A stretch of DNA of 58,602 nt, counting the filler, from Trypethelium eluteriae (Eukaryota): NCBI GenBank assembly GCA_051942245.1. It is 2 parts of 2 records of this genome, joined end to end, with 100 filler letters (N's around TTAATTAATTAA, not from the genome) between each part and the next. Parts side by side here need not be neighbours in the genome. Positions count along the whole stretch, not along the records: positions 1 to 29,294 come from JAVECL010000296.1; 1 more part is not named here. One strand, written 5' to 3'. Below the pieces are notes generated by a model. That model saw only the letters and a list, made by a program, of their open reading frames with translations. It ran no database searches and was not told the origin of the DNA. Shown here one piece after another: positions 1-14,791 of the stretch. Position numbers and translations under genes: made by a program. Each line of letters opens with the position of its first letter. The first letter of the stretch is position 1.

Positions 1-2526
1 CACCACAACCTTCTGCTTCAACGGCGTCCCCAACAACCTCGCCCCATTCAACGAAACAAACGTACGATACGGCCTCAGCCTCAGCACCTCCTCGCTAATC
101 CTCGGCAAGACGCGCAACGTGCTATGCTGCGGCGGCAGCGCCACCGTGACCGACTGCAGCGTCAGTTTCGGGTGAGCCGGGACATCGAGGTGGAACGGCT
201 TCGTCGCGGCGGGAGTCGGCGACGACGACGATGACGAGGTCGAGGTCGAGGTCGTTGACGAGGAGGACGACGACTGCGATGCGGTGGCTTGGCTGGAGAT
301 GCTGAGGACGGGGAGGAGCGCTTTGGAGACGGGGGTGTCGGCGTCGCGGAGGCGGTAGGGGAAGCTGGCGGCGGCGGTGATGTGGCTCGCGGGCTGATGG
401 GGCGCGGTGCTGGTGGTGTGTGGCGTCGGCGCGTTGGGGGCCGGAGTGTGGCCGTTGGGAAGCGGGCTTCCGCTGGGTGCGCGCGGCGTGGTGGATGGTG
501 GTGGCATGGCGGAGTTGGCGAGGGGGCTGGGGCCGCGTCCTTCTGGGGCGCCGCTGGTGCCGCGAACGGGGTTGAGGGCAGGAGAGGCGCTGGCGCCGAC
601 GCCGGCTTCGGCTTTGATGCCGCTGGAAGAGAGAGGAGGGCTGCCTGCTGAAGAGGTTTGCTGGCTTTGAGAGAGATTGGGTAAAGGAGGTGCGGCGGAG
701 CCAGGGCGGGAACTACTGAAGGGGTTGCGGGGTGGAGGACGCTGTTCGCTGGTTTGACCGTTGACGCCAGCTTGAATGAGTTCTTGCTGCCGTCTCAAGG
801 CCTCGTTGTCAACAGTAACACCAGGCGTGTGCGAAGGGCGTGGGACGGGAGTGGCTGTGTCATTTGTAGGTGCGGGACTGGCCTTGTTACCGCCAAGTCG
901 GAGTTTAGTACCAGGCGGTTTCGGCGTGGGCTGTGATGTAGATGATTTGATCTTGAGCGTAGGCTGGGTAGGCTCTGGAACTTTGGCTTTTGCCTCTGCT
1001 AGGCGGCGTTTGAAGTGTTCCTGTTACACAGTTAGTTAGGTTCGATTCATGAGGACTCGAAAGGCATTACCTCGAGCTCCAAAGAGAGATTTGAGATGTC
1101 ACTACCATCCTCGTTGTACTCTCGAGCATTACGCCAGATGTAACTCATCTCATTCTCAAATGAGTCCCACGATTTTAGTTCGGTGATACCGGTGGGCTGA
1201 TTCCTTCCCTGCTGGCCGCGAACTTTTTTGCGAACAGTATTGAGGGATACGGGGTTTTTGATTACCTGATAATAATCTGCTAACGAGCGAGGTGGTAGTG
1301 TCACGAAAGGGGTATAGATCTCTAGGCCACTGCGATACTGTTAAAGAGGTCTGTTATCCAAGTTAGGGAAACTGACTCATCCTGATGTTTGATTAGCTCG
1401 ACCACGATCTGGTCTTGAGCTTGCTGGAACGTCTTGCCGGCAAAGTCTGTATTCTCGAGTAATTGTTCAGCGTCCAACAATCCTGGAGAAGGTCTGGCCG
1501 GAGCTGGTGAAGCAGTGGCTGGTGTGCTAGTACCCTTCCCGCTTGGTTTCGTTGTAGGTGTGTTGCCATTGGTGGATTGTGTTCCATTCGTCAGGTGGGC
1601 TGGAATAGGCGTTGGGTACGCAATGTAATTCGGATCTTTGTACGCCGGATTGTTCTTGACCATGTAGTTCGAAAGCATCTTTCTTATTCGTTCCGCGTCG
1701 GCAAAAATGGCGGAACTTCGATCATTATACGACTTCGCATTGTTGACCATTCGCTTGACATCGCTTTCTATGGCGGATAAATTGGGGTATTCTTTACGTT
1801 CAAGCTTGCCTTCCACAGTGTCAATCGCAATTGGTAGCAAGATCTCCTTGTAATATCCAGGTGCCTCCTCCTACAAGAAATCGTCAGATCAGCTTTCATT
1901 TCCAAGGAGTCTTTTGGATCGGGAAAGGGAATCCTACTCGTAAAGGCAGTGTTAGGAATTGGGTGGCAATAGGTCGTCCGCTGCAGAGAAGTGTCAGGTC
2001 AACTTCAGTTCTGGTGCATTCCTTGATGCAAAGCTCGCTTTAAAGGTTTCTTACTGTTTATCCTGCGCCTTTCTCAACTGATCCACGAACTTCAGACCTT
2101 CCTCGGTCGTGCGCTCCGGCGTTTCTTTGACATCTTCGTTGGGACCCTTCAAGTATCGAGTCAGCTGGATCCATCGTTTTCTCCTCAATAATAGGTTTGG
2201 GCATCGGAAAATCGGTTGATCGGAGTTGCTCGAAAGCCTTGCAGGACGAAGCGTACAGCCAGAGGTGGTGTTCCCTCTTGCGAAGGTCCAGCCTGTCGCG
2301 GCATTGCGGCCCTCCAAACGTCATAGCATTATTTTGTCACAACTCTCCATCCACCGCGCTCCTCAGCCACACCATGGCGGAGTAGTCTTTCTCTTCCAAC
2401 AACAACGATGAATGCACAGGTACTTACTGGAACGCGTTGTCGCTTCGACGCACTTCCCTCCGGAGAGCCTGCACCACTCTGCGCTTTGCGCTTCGTGCCC
2501 GCGTTGAGACTGAGACGAAGAGACAT
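1..2526 (-). CDS. Tandem-bromodomain chromatin protein (RSC4/polybromo-like), multi-exon, 3' end runs off the window
   Basis: Exons approx. 2526-2428, 2146-2055, 1980-1938, 1870-1377, 1330-1071, 1020-<1 with GT..AG introns. Bromodomain 1: 'FLTLP..EEAPGYYKEILLPIAIDTVEGKL...MVNNAKSYN'. Bromodomain 2: 'FVTLPPRSLADYYQVIKNPVSL...IWRNAREYN'. Followed by a long Pro/Ser/Ala-rich tail. Confidence 0.88.
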
Positions 2527-3074
2527 TGCGATATTGCGTATCGGAGATGCACGAGTATTTCAGACTGCAAGGTGCAGCAGAGGCAAGATACTCGTATTGG
2601 TCGCGTTGCGACGTCGGTCTCGCATCCCTTCGCGTCTTCACGATGCCCCGGGGTGCAGGCGGGCCAGGGTCCTCACGTCGGCGAATTATGTGGCCGGTAC
2701 TCTTACATAAGCAACCCTGCAAGGCACGTGAAATCGCTGGGTCCTTCAAGTACATCAACACGCTCAGGCACCTGTAATCCCATTGTCGGACAATGGAATC
2801 TCAATCAATTTGTATGGCCTTATGGCACTTTCGATGCTACTCGCCAGGAATGAGATGCTGCATATTATGAAGTGCTAGCGCCCGCCCAGTTCGCTTCCCA
2901 TATCTTCGCCATAATCCTTTTTCCGCATAACCGCATATCGACGAATACTCTGTCAAAGGAACTTTGTGGTATTAAGGGGTATCGCTATGGAGCAACAAGA
3001 AGAAGGGTGTATTTTGATGTTGACAATGTGAAGTGATCGTCCCGATGTCGCGCTTTCTGCCATTCAACTCGATC

Positions 3075-4828
<1,754 letters not shown>

Positions 4829-5368
4829 TTTCCACCTCGATCCGACGTTTTGTTGCAATGAATATGAGCGTTCTGGAAGCTGCCCGCGAACGACTGTGAG
4901 GATAGCGTGGGTATCTTCTGAGAAGCAGTATTCACGGACAGGCTGTCTCATATAACGACAGAGAAGACTAGGGTACGGAGTACAGGTAATGTTGTATGAG
5001 GACTCAGCCTCAGCGTAGGACGGGACAGGGGCACAGGGATAAGATGTGGTTGTCAAGCTGAGCCTGATGGCTATTTCTGAGGGTGGGACAGCCGTGCCCA
5101 AGCCCAGACGCAGATCAATTTGGCGGGGTTGGCGTCTCGCGGTGGCTTCCTAGAATCGGCCATTGCGCTTTCCGGCCTTCGCATCATATGCATGCGGCTG
5201 TGCACCAAGTCGGAAGCGTAACCAAAAAGAGGCTGTGGCAACTGTCATATGCGACTCCTTGCCAACTCTACTCTGCTTGTGGTATACTGTACGTAGTAGA
5301 CATGGAACATTTGCATTTGTGGTTTCAACCATCAACGTTAAAGCAACCGTTCAGGAGACCTTGTCGCG

Positions 5369-5403
5369 AGCTGCGACTCGGCTAGCTGCGACTCGGTTAG
5401 CTG
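5369..5403. repeat. Short tandem repeat, 15-nt unit x2.3
   Basis: agctgcgactcggct agctgcgactcggtt agctg read directly from the sequence. Confidence 0.8.
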
Positions 5404-6247
5404 TAAAGTTTCGAGGGTTCTATAAGCCCGCCCTATTTAGATGATCTCGATCTGTAATTGGCCACATCAGTCGGTGTTTTACGCTCCCACGGCTCCCAGC
5501 GACTACCCTACCTTGCGGAACATACTAATTTTATCACCGTCGCACTCCACGATAATGCTCCAACTCTCCTCACCACCCCAACTGATACACATAAAGGTGG
5601 GCATCCGAACACGCTGTTGGGTTCATGTCGCTCTATCACCCTGTGACACAATGATCGTGATTGGGTGATTTGTCGACGGCAGGTAACGAAACAAGAGCGA
5701 TAGTTGAATGGTATACAAGAGAGAAGGCGACAATATTTAATGGAGAACGGACCGCCGTGGCAACTAGCCCATTGCGGATGGTTCAAGGCACGAGTTCATC
5801 AAGTCGAGGTCAAAAGTCATTGAACTCAACGGCGAGAGCTACATATTATATACCGAAATCGGAGTCACAGCGCGGCTCAATTGCTAGAGTCCCTGTTATG
5901 TGGGAGACAGCTAATTCATACTTCTGGGTCCCGAGGGCTAGTTTACAAAGGAATTAAAGATGTCAGAAGCAAGGGTTGAATTGGACATGAACTTGGAGAG
6001 AGCAGCTGCTACAATCGTCTCCGCCTGCAACAAAGACTTGTGATTCGTGAGTCACCTTTACTTGTCTTGGACACTTCCAGCAACTATCAGTGGTCTTTCC
6101 ACCACTTTATGAACCAAAGACCACTGCCGAGATGTTATCTCAACTCAGGACCTCTTTTTCTTCCTGCCCCTCCTCCTTTCCCCCTCCCTTCCCTTCGCCG
6201 TCTACGGTGGTGATAGTACGATGCGCGTCAAGTGAGTGCTCAACAAC

Positions 6248-7671
6248 TTATCTATTTTTGGGATGAGCCAAATATTGCTTGAGCTTTGCCATTGCTGAAA
6301 TCAGATCTTGAGGGCAGAAAAGCTTACAAAGTGCAGTCATATCGTCGTACACCCTGCAGGATTCGTCATCTCCACAATTAGAGGCTCTAGCAGACTTTGG
6401 AGACTTACACTTGGCGTTGCTGTGATCCAGGAATGTAAATTGCATTGCCAATATTGAAACAGAGAGAGTAGAGTAAATTGCGAGCGTCCCAATCTTCGAT
6501 GGGTTCTGACACAGGAAAGTGCATCTCGTAGTTTTGGATGTATGCTTTATTGCTGAGTCTGTGCCTTGGCGCTCGCCAGTTCCCGGTGTCATATTCATTA
6601 TGACCATAGAAAGAGCAAGCATCGAACACAAAAGCGTCACCTGTGTTTGCATCCGTGGCTGTATTGCCATCCCAACAATCCCCATGTACAAGGCATGGCT
6701 TAAGCTCTCGTCCCTGAGATTGAAGGGGTAGCAATAGCCGAGGGACCACTTTCTCCAGAGTTAATTGGCAAACCACATCAAACTCTGGCCATTGCAGCAT
6801 TGGCTTGGCGAGACTCATGGTATGCCCAATATGGCGGCTAAAGACGGCGCACCAAGACGAATTCCAGGTATCCACAGCCTGAGCTATTTTAGCATGACAG
6901 GTAGAAAGATGAAAGCCAAACTTTCCGGTTGGAGATGTGGAGCGCTGGTGTAAACCTGCGAGTCGCGAGGCAAGTCTCATTGGATCTGCTGGCTGTTCGG
7001 GTCATGTCAGCCGTGGCTACTCGTTTCATCAGCTTGCAAGACGACGTAGGAGATGACATTGCCGTCGGAGACTTTCCGAGCACTGCTCGAGGTTCCTCTT
7101 CTCCTCCGTTTGTAATCTGACGAAAATATTTACCTGCTCCCCAACATCACGGAACTCTGCGAGCAAAAAATAGACTTCAGGCCCTTCTTGATCATAGGTT
7201 CCCCAAGCAAAGGGTTTGGGAACGAATCCAGGTGAGACCGCATAGATAGCCTTAAGCGACTCGTACTCTCCTTCGCACATGTACCTTCCAGTATCTCCTA
7301 ATGCAACGACCTGTAGTAACTTCAGAACCTTCGCGCTGACAAGCAGGGATAGCAATGTCTACTTTTAGAAAGTAGACATCCGGTTTGCCCGAAGGCAGCT
7401 TCACAATTATTTTTGCAGTTTGACCCCAAGAGGACTCGCCGTATTTCAGAGAGGCAGTGACTTCTGTACCAGCGACAGGAAAGGCTCATCATCTCTTCAT
7501 TCAGCTCTGGAAACGGACATGATGTGGCAGGGTTCATGTACCTTTTATAACATTCCTATCGAGTTCACATGCACCTCTTGCCACTGGTGGGGCTATTGCT
7601 TCACTAGGGGTCTCTTCGATCTCTCGTTGTACTTTGCAAATACCGATGTTGGAAATGGTATCCAGCGCCAT
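6248..7671 (-). CDS. Fructosamine/ketosamine-3-kinase family protein
   Basis: Spliced segments 'ELDRNVIKAFP...YFLK', 'MCEGEYESLKAIY..SPGFVPKP', 'LAGLHQRSTSPTGKFGF', 'PCLVHGDCWDGN', 'FVFDACSFYGHNEYDTGNW', 'DWDARNLLYSL'. The first acceptor (gatgag) is weak, so the 5' model is less certain. Confidence 0.88.
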
Positions 7672-8199
7672 GATGGAAGCGATATAGTCCGTTCTCTTGG
7701 GGAAATAGGGTTGCTGACGGTTGCAACACTGCAGATTGACGGAAGCGGACGCTCAGCGCGGAGACTTAAGGATGTGTCTTTCCCCGCTTTTTGCCTTATG
7801 GAATGTCGTGAAGACGTAATTGCAGAGCGGGTACGAGCTTGTTATCCTGCATATCTGCAGGTGAATCAAAAAAGATCGCTGGTGAGACCTCCGATTGGAA
7901 GAAATATACGCTGTAGCGTCAGGAGATGCGAGCGTCAAAAGGATGCCACAATATCGTAGCCGGACGCCTCTGGTAGTCTTCAGCACAACGGGACAAGAAT
8001 CCTCTCAACTCCGTCGACCTCCCCAACTGAAACTTGAACAAGGTGGCCATGGCGTTCGGATTTAGCGTGGTATGTACGGGCCGGCCCGGGGTATAGATCT
8101 GAACCTAGGTAAGGTTGTTTACGGTACGGTACCTTACCTAAGGAAAACTCTTGGCAAGGCTCGCTCGTAAAAACCTTACTTCTCATCAATCAGACAAGA

Positions 8200-9833
8200 G
8201 CCGAGAATCATCAATGATGCACTAAGTTCCCAGTGCCCTCATCATGTCTTCCTTGAAGCGAGTCTCGTCGATTCGAGGGCCAAGGATAAATGGCCAGGCT
8301 TCCATGCACTCGACATGCGGATGTCACAACTTGTTCAACAGCTATCTGAAGGCGAATCTAACTGCCGGATCAATAACCCACAGGATAGCACTATCCTGGT
8401 GCAGATACAACACGACATTTTTCATCTCCACATATGGGCATGCTTGGCGTAGGAGTCCGCTCTAAGTTTAGTCAATGAGAAAAATTGAGAAGAGTGAAAA
8501 AGCAAAAGTGCTCGTGTGGTCAACTTGCTTCGAAGTGGATCTCTTGTGGTGAAGGGTACTCCGCCAACGCAGCTTGAGTCCTGCTCTGATCAGGTGCACG
8601 TTCCATATACGGCAAGTCTCGTACAATATCTCGGGCAAAATCGACAGATAAAGCAGGCCAAATGGAAAGGATTATCGAAGTCTGCGAGGAAAACACTTGG
8701 TACCTGAACCACGATCGCTGGCTTTGGATCTGGGATCTCGTATTCGGTGCACAAGGCTCATACAAAAACTTCTACCTTCCCAAAGACTGGCTCAAGGTGG
8801 ACTCGCTGCAAAAGGCTATGCTCGGCTAATACGGTACGTTTCTGGGACGTTCTTTTATCCGAGATACGGACAGGTAGCAATTCTCAGGAATGGCGGCAAA
8901 TTCTGAAAGTTGGGAGCACATGCTTGCATTGCATGTACAGGTGATCGCATACCGTACGCGCTCTTCGCCTGGGTTTGATCGTGTATTTGGGGACTGAGCT
9001 TAGACAATCGTGGCTAATATCCACTAATGTAAGAATCATGCCCCTTCACTGCTGGTCCGAAAGGTATATCAAGGTTCGGGGGAAATCTAAGCACCTTCAG
9101 GCCAATAAAGAATTCGCATAGCATTATCTGGAGATTACGCAAAACGGAAAGCTATCGGAGATACCGGACAGAGACCAGAAACGTAAAAATGCTACCGAGA
9201 GTAATCTATTCGGTTTTACAGTGTGATAGTCGCTTTCTAACAGAATTATAATAAAGTGAGTTTAGCTATATTTTTATGAAGTCTTCTCAAAACAAAAACT
9301 AAGGCGATCTTTATTTCCCTAGTGGTAGTCCAGATATGTGGAGATAATTTGCAATCGCCGATGATGGTACTTCTTCGTGACCATTTAAATATTTAGAGGA
9401 CACTTCGCATGATTATATCGAGTCTCGATCTGATTTTAATGCTATACGTTGGAATTTAGCAATTTTTGTCGAGTCTTTATATCCTGGAATACATGGTAGG
9501 ATGCGCCGAGCGATTATGAAGCTTGGAGACTAGGTAGAGTGGAGATACTTAATATTTCCAAGGTTGCTTCGAGATACTCTTGGGTTTAGATCATAGAGGT
9601 ATCCTTGTTCTTTTGCGGTTTCCACAACGGACAGGAGTTTAGCAAGCTTTCTCATGTAAAGTCAATGCTAGGAAAGGTTTGTACCAGGTAGCGACGATTG
9701 CAATAACTTCATGATTGAGATCAGCTCCCTGGACCCTGGGTGGCTGCGTCATTTTTAGAGTACTTCCGCCTGACTTTGGTGGCCCGCTTCTAGGATCCTC
9801 ATCATCTAGCTTTCCACGCTTCCCTATGCACAT
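8200..9833 (-). pseudogene. Probable decayed gene relic of unknown family
   Basis: Coding-like minus-strand stretches broken by isolated stops (e.g. 'AKLLSVVETAKEQGYLYDLNPRV...KYLHST*SPSF...' near 9640-9300; 'VEMKNVVLYLHQDSAILWVIDPAVRFAFR*LLNKL*' near 8460-8320). TpA-rich core at ~9230-9600. Confidence 0.3.
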
Positions 9834-10102
9834 GCTTGCCCTTCTCGTCCTTTACATTCCTATGCCCACAGCCGACACTTAACTCCTTGAACCCGTTGTA
9901 ATGTACAAAATTCTCTGATGTTTGAAACCGCATCCTGGCAATCTGAATATCTTTGCACGCTCTACCCTACGCCAGCTCTCCATACCTCTTCCTCGGCTCC
10001 CACCCGCACGGCCCCCTGTATTTGACTGGATTTGAGCACACACACTCGCTCTTTTGGCCCTGGTCTTGAGATTTCAAGGTTGATTTCTTCGTTTGCCGCA
10101 TA

Positions 10103-10730
10103 ATGTTCGCCTCGAAGCGCCTCTCCAAGGTAAAGAGATCCTAATAACTTGGCATGATAAATGTGCTAACAGGGCTTATAGGAGCTTCAGAAGGTACAAT
10201 TCCCACGCTAACTTACAACTGCTCCTGGCAAGCAATGCGCTGATCCTGTGAAGCTTCAAGGAACTCTTCCTCCCGGCATATCCCTCATATCAGCAGAAAA
10301 TTTCGAGGAATGGCTGATGGACATTAAAGTTATGGATGATAATCCCTTATATCGAAACGAAGTATACAGGCTTAGATTTCGATTCGGTTCTAGCTACCCT
10401 ATTGGTATATTCTTGCATTGGAAGCTCGCACCGCTGCTACTGACACTGACGCTCCGCCCAGAAGCCCCAGAGGTCACCTTTGTCCAAGACCCATCGCACC
10501 CGATACCTATGCACCCCCACGTATATTCCAACGGTATCATCTGTCTCGACCTTCTTGACACTTCTGGTTGGAGCCCCGTACAAAACGTTGAGAGCGTATG
10601 CGTGAGCTTGCAAAGTATGCTGACGGGCAATTCGAAAAATGAAAGGCCGCCAGGGAACGACGCATTCGTCAGGACAAACCGACAGCGGCCGCGGGACATC
10701 AACTTCGTCTTCCACGACAACAAAGTCTGA
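10103..10730 (+). CDS. UBE2W: Ubiquitin-conjugating enzyme E2, UBE2W type
   Basis: Exons 10103-10129 (MFASKRLSK), 10182-10193 (ELQK), 10254-10404, 10462-10730. Active site 'HPHVYSNGIICLDLL' has HPH instead of HPN, and the C-terminus is 'FVFHDNKV'; both are UBE2W hallmarks. Confidence 0.9.
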
Positions 10731-11333
10731 AGGATGAAATTCAGGCCTGCACGGATGCGATTCGCGCACCGTGGTGGCGGGACATTAGTCTGGCGTCTGT
10801 GGATTGGCAACAAGCTTGGAATTTGAGGTTCTTTTTGATTTTGGATTGTAGCATGAAACTGTTGGGTGTTATTGGCTTTACAAGTGATACCATACCTTTG
10901 AAACCAAAGATGCGAGTCGTGGTCTCGGGCGACATGTGGACGTCGGTCAGAATAACTCGGTGTACCTAGATTCCGGGTAGAAGACCTGGAAGTAGCTCCG
11001 TCATTAAGGATACTTCGATGAAAATTTGATGCCTTGATCTAAGTGAAAGCTCGAATGAAGCGAGCTACGCAATGTTAGACCCAGTACGGAGCACTCAGTA
11101 CTTCGTTGCTGTGCTGTAGTAATGAAGAGGGCGGTGAGGGATCTTCCGCTAGGTCGAGGTGCGTTGAGGGCTGAAGTCGCAGGGATGACGGTGGTATGAA
11201 CGATCTCCGGAACCGATCCTCGGGCGGTGAAGAAGAACAAAATATTTCGTCGAAATTTCCTGAGCCCACGCTCGAGGACCAGAGCTTGACACCATCCACT
11301 CTTACACCCGCTCCTCCTCCACAACCAACCAAA

Positions 11334-13451
11334 ATGGCCGATGAAGTCTATGAGGGTGCCATTGGCATCGATCTGGGTATGCGACAAGAGAATTTTTGAT
11401 ACCGAGTTCTGTACTTACACCGCTTAGGAACAACCTACTCTTGTGTTGCCAACTACGAGGGCCAAAATGTCGAGATCAGTACGTAGTCAGCACAGTTCGT
11501 ATCAGACACGGCGCTCACTATTTCTTTCTCAGTCGCCAACGAGCAGGGTAGCTTCACCACCCCCTCCTTCGTCTCTTTTACGGCGGAGGAGCGCCTTATT
11601 GGCGAGGCAGCCAAGAACCAGGCTGCGATGAATCCAGCGAACACCATCTTCGATGTAAAGTAAGTTGGTACATGATATCCATCAAAGCATACGGAATTAC
11701 GCTAACCTCCCGGAACAGGCGTCTGATTGGACGCCGATATGACGATCCTACAGTCAAGAAAGACATGGAATCCTGGCCGTTTAAGGTGGTGGACAAAGAT
11801 AGTAATCCTTTAGTTCAGGTCGAATATCTAGGCGAGACCAAGACTTTCTCACCTCAGGAAGTTTCAGCTATGGTGTTAGGCAAGGTATGGCTTTGGAACA
11901 TGTCCACAAACTTTACTAAATCTATCTAGATGAAAGAGGTCGCAGAGACGAAGCTGGGCAAGAAAGTTGAAAAGGCAGTCATTACCGTGCCCGCATACTT
12001 CAACGACAATCAGCGACAAGCCACCAAGGATGCTGGGTCAATTTCAGGTCTCAACGTCCTCCGCATCATCAATGAACCTACCGCTGCTGCTATCGCGTAT
12101 GGCCTCGGCTCTGGGAAGTCTGAAAAGGAGCGAAATGTCCTAATCTACGATCTTGGTGGTGGTACCTTCGATGTGTCCTTACTGCATATTCAAGGGGGTG
12201 TTTTCACAGTCAAGGCAACTGCTGGTGACACGCACCTGGGTGGGCAAGATTTTGACACAAACCTCTTGGACCACTTCAAGAAAGAGTTCCAGCGAAAGAC
12301 CAAGAAAGACATTTCAGGCGACCCACGCGCTATTCGTCGGCTACGAACACAAAGTGAACGTGCGAAGAGGACTCTGTCTAACGGTACCCAGGCTACGGTC
12401 GAGATTGATTCGCTTTTCGAAGGCGAGGACTTCAACACCACCATTACCCGTGCTCGTTTCGAAGACTTAAATGCCAAAGCCTTCAGTGGTACCCTGCAGC
12501 CAGTGGAACAGGTACTTCGGGATGCAAATATCGATAAGAGCAAGGTTGACGAAATAGTCCTTGTTGGTGGATCTACTCGAATTCCCCGGATACAGAAGCT
12601 GCTGAGCGATTTCTTCAATGGCAAGAAGCTTGAAAAGAGCATCAACCCCGATGAAGCCGTCGCCTATGGCGCGGCAGTGCAGGCAGGCATTCTCTCGGGT
12701 AAGGCAGCCAACAAGGATACTGAAGACCTCCTTCTGCTTGATGTCGTCCCTCTCTCTCTGGGTGTCGCTATGGAAGGCAACATCTTTGCACCTGTGGTCC
12801 CACGCGGTCAGACTGTCCCGACAATCAAAAAGCGTACATTTACCACTGTGGCCGACAATCAACAGACTGTTCAGTTCCCTGTCTTCCAGGGTGAGCGTGT
12901 CAACTGCGAAGACAATACATCACTGGGCGAGTTCACACTTGCACCCATCCCTCCCATGAAAGCTGGCGACGCTGTTCTTGAAGTCGTATTCGAAGTCGAC
13001 GTCAACGGCATTCTCAAGGTCACCGCCACCGAAAAGACATCAGGACGCAGTGCCAACATCACCATCTCCAACTCCGTCGGCAAACTCTCTTCTGGCGAAA
13101 TTGAGAACATGATCTCAGGTAAGTGTCACACTATGCTTTCGTCAATCCTAGATCAGTAGGGCTCATAGTCAATCTCCTACAGACGCCGCCAAGTTCAAAT
13201 CCTCCGACGAAGCCTTCTCCAAGAAATTCGAAGCTCGCCAACAACTTGAGTCCTACATCTCCCGCGTAGAAGAGATAGTCAGCGACCCGACCATGAGTAT
13301 GAAGCTGAAGCGGGGACAGAAGGAGAAGATCGAGTCAGCTTTGAGTGATGCGATGGCTCAGCTCGAGGTGGAAGATGCTGGAAGTGACGACCTCAAGAAG
13401 AAAGAACTTGCGCTGAAGAGGGTCGTTACAAAGGCCATGAGCACGCGATAA
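11334..13451 (+). CDS. SSB1: Ribosome-associated Hsp70 chaperone Ssb
   Basis: [21 protein letters not shown] start, five introns, Hsp70 signatures ([41 protein letters not shown]). Ends '[12 protein letters not shown]' with no EEVD, as in the Ssb subfamily. Confidence 0.97.
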
Positions 13452-14791
13452 GGCAGTGCAAAACTCCATATCTACGAAGGGAAGAAGGGAAGTCCGGTGG
13501 GGTTGAGGGAAATGGAGACAGTGGGAAAGTGGCAGAGGATAAGATATGGCAGGGAAGCGAGGACTGATACGACAGAATAGATCATGTCACCAAAAATCTC
13601 TTTCATGTTGTCTTCTTTTGAATGCCTGGTATGAGCTTTATGCTGCGTACTGGCGTTACTCACTTACTTCTATGTAGGAAGATGCAATTTCTTCAAGCAA
13701 TTGTTATTCTTATATTATAAAACCTGATCTTTCATCGCCCATAAGGTCGTCTGGACGAGTCGACTGTTCCTGAGAGACGCCTGCAACATCGGATCTGTTT
13801 TGGCGCAGAGGTCTCAAAAGCCAAACCTGACTGACGCTTTATGTGCACAAAAACATCTATCAATCCTGTCGGAGTAGCTTCAAAGCCAACAATAGTTCCA
13901 CGTCAACATGACTATCCGGATCGAGAGGGGGTGCGCTGGGTCAAATAAGTAAAGGAGACTTCTATTGCACTGGATAAGCTGATGAGGGAGAAATGGAGAA
14001 GTGTGCTCGTACGTTCCCGTTTTGGTAAGGTCACAAACGGATCAGTGATGGCTGACTCGTAAGTCGTTCCTCAACTCCTCACAGCAGTAGGAGTGACCAA
14101 TACGGCTCAACTAGATCCTCGTCTCCGGCCTCTTACCAGACAAGTGGAAGATAATCTCGATTACGGATCAAAGTGAATCAGATGACATCGCCAGCAAGCT
14201 TCCTCGCTAAGCTTGCGATTTACTTGAGTGTCTACGAGAGAGCCCACAGTCCAAATTTTCAGTTGGCGGGTTCGGGGGATGAGTTGGGAAAGCTGTAAAA
14301 CTTAAAGGACCAACGTCTACATAGCGCACTGCTACGTCACAGTATCCAGCAAAAGCCCCTTCAACCGGAAGTCAAGCAGGTATGATATACCCTTGACAAC
14401 ATAGCGGTTTGTCGGTTTGGTCTCTACCGCCAACCGTCCTTACTTTCATCTCAAAGTTGTTACCCAACATACCTATCCCTTCTCTTCAGTAACCTATGTG
14501 TCTGATAAGCGACGCGCATTGTCGTGGGCCAAAAATGTGCTACAGTAGTGGAAGCATCTTGAGCTGACTCCTGTGGGTTTTAGGCTCTCATAGTAACTTT
14601 TTGCTACTTTTAACCAGCTTTAGCAAGGAAATTGGCCCAACGCCTCTAGCACTGATTTATCTGATGCAGTCACGGCCTATGTCCCACTAAACACTGTTTA
14701 TTACCTCCGAGGGTAGGACGGTCTGCCCTTGGCTTCGGTCACTATCTCGAGCGACGACATCTGCCGGTCACCTCATCCTAAAAGCTATGAA

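Noticed and set aside
289..1039. Gly/Ala-rich plus-strand ORFs
   Set aside because: Antisense of the Pro/Ser-rich bromodomain protein tail in GC-rich sequence.
12153..13110. Several 80-150 aa antisense and alternate-frame ORFs over SSB
   Set aside because: Shadow ORFs expected from Hsp70 codon bias; no independent signals.
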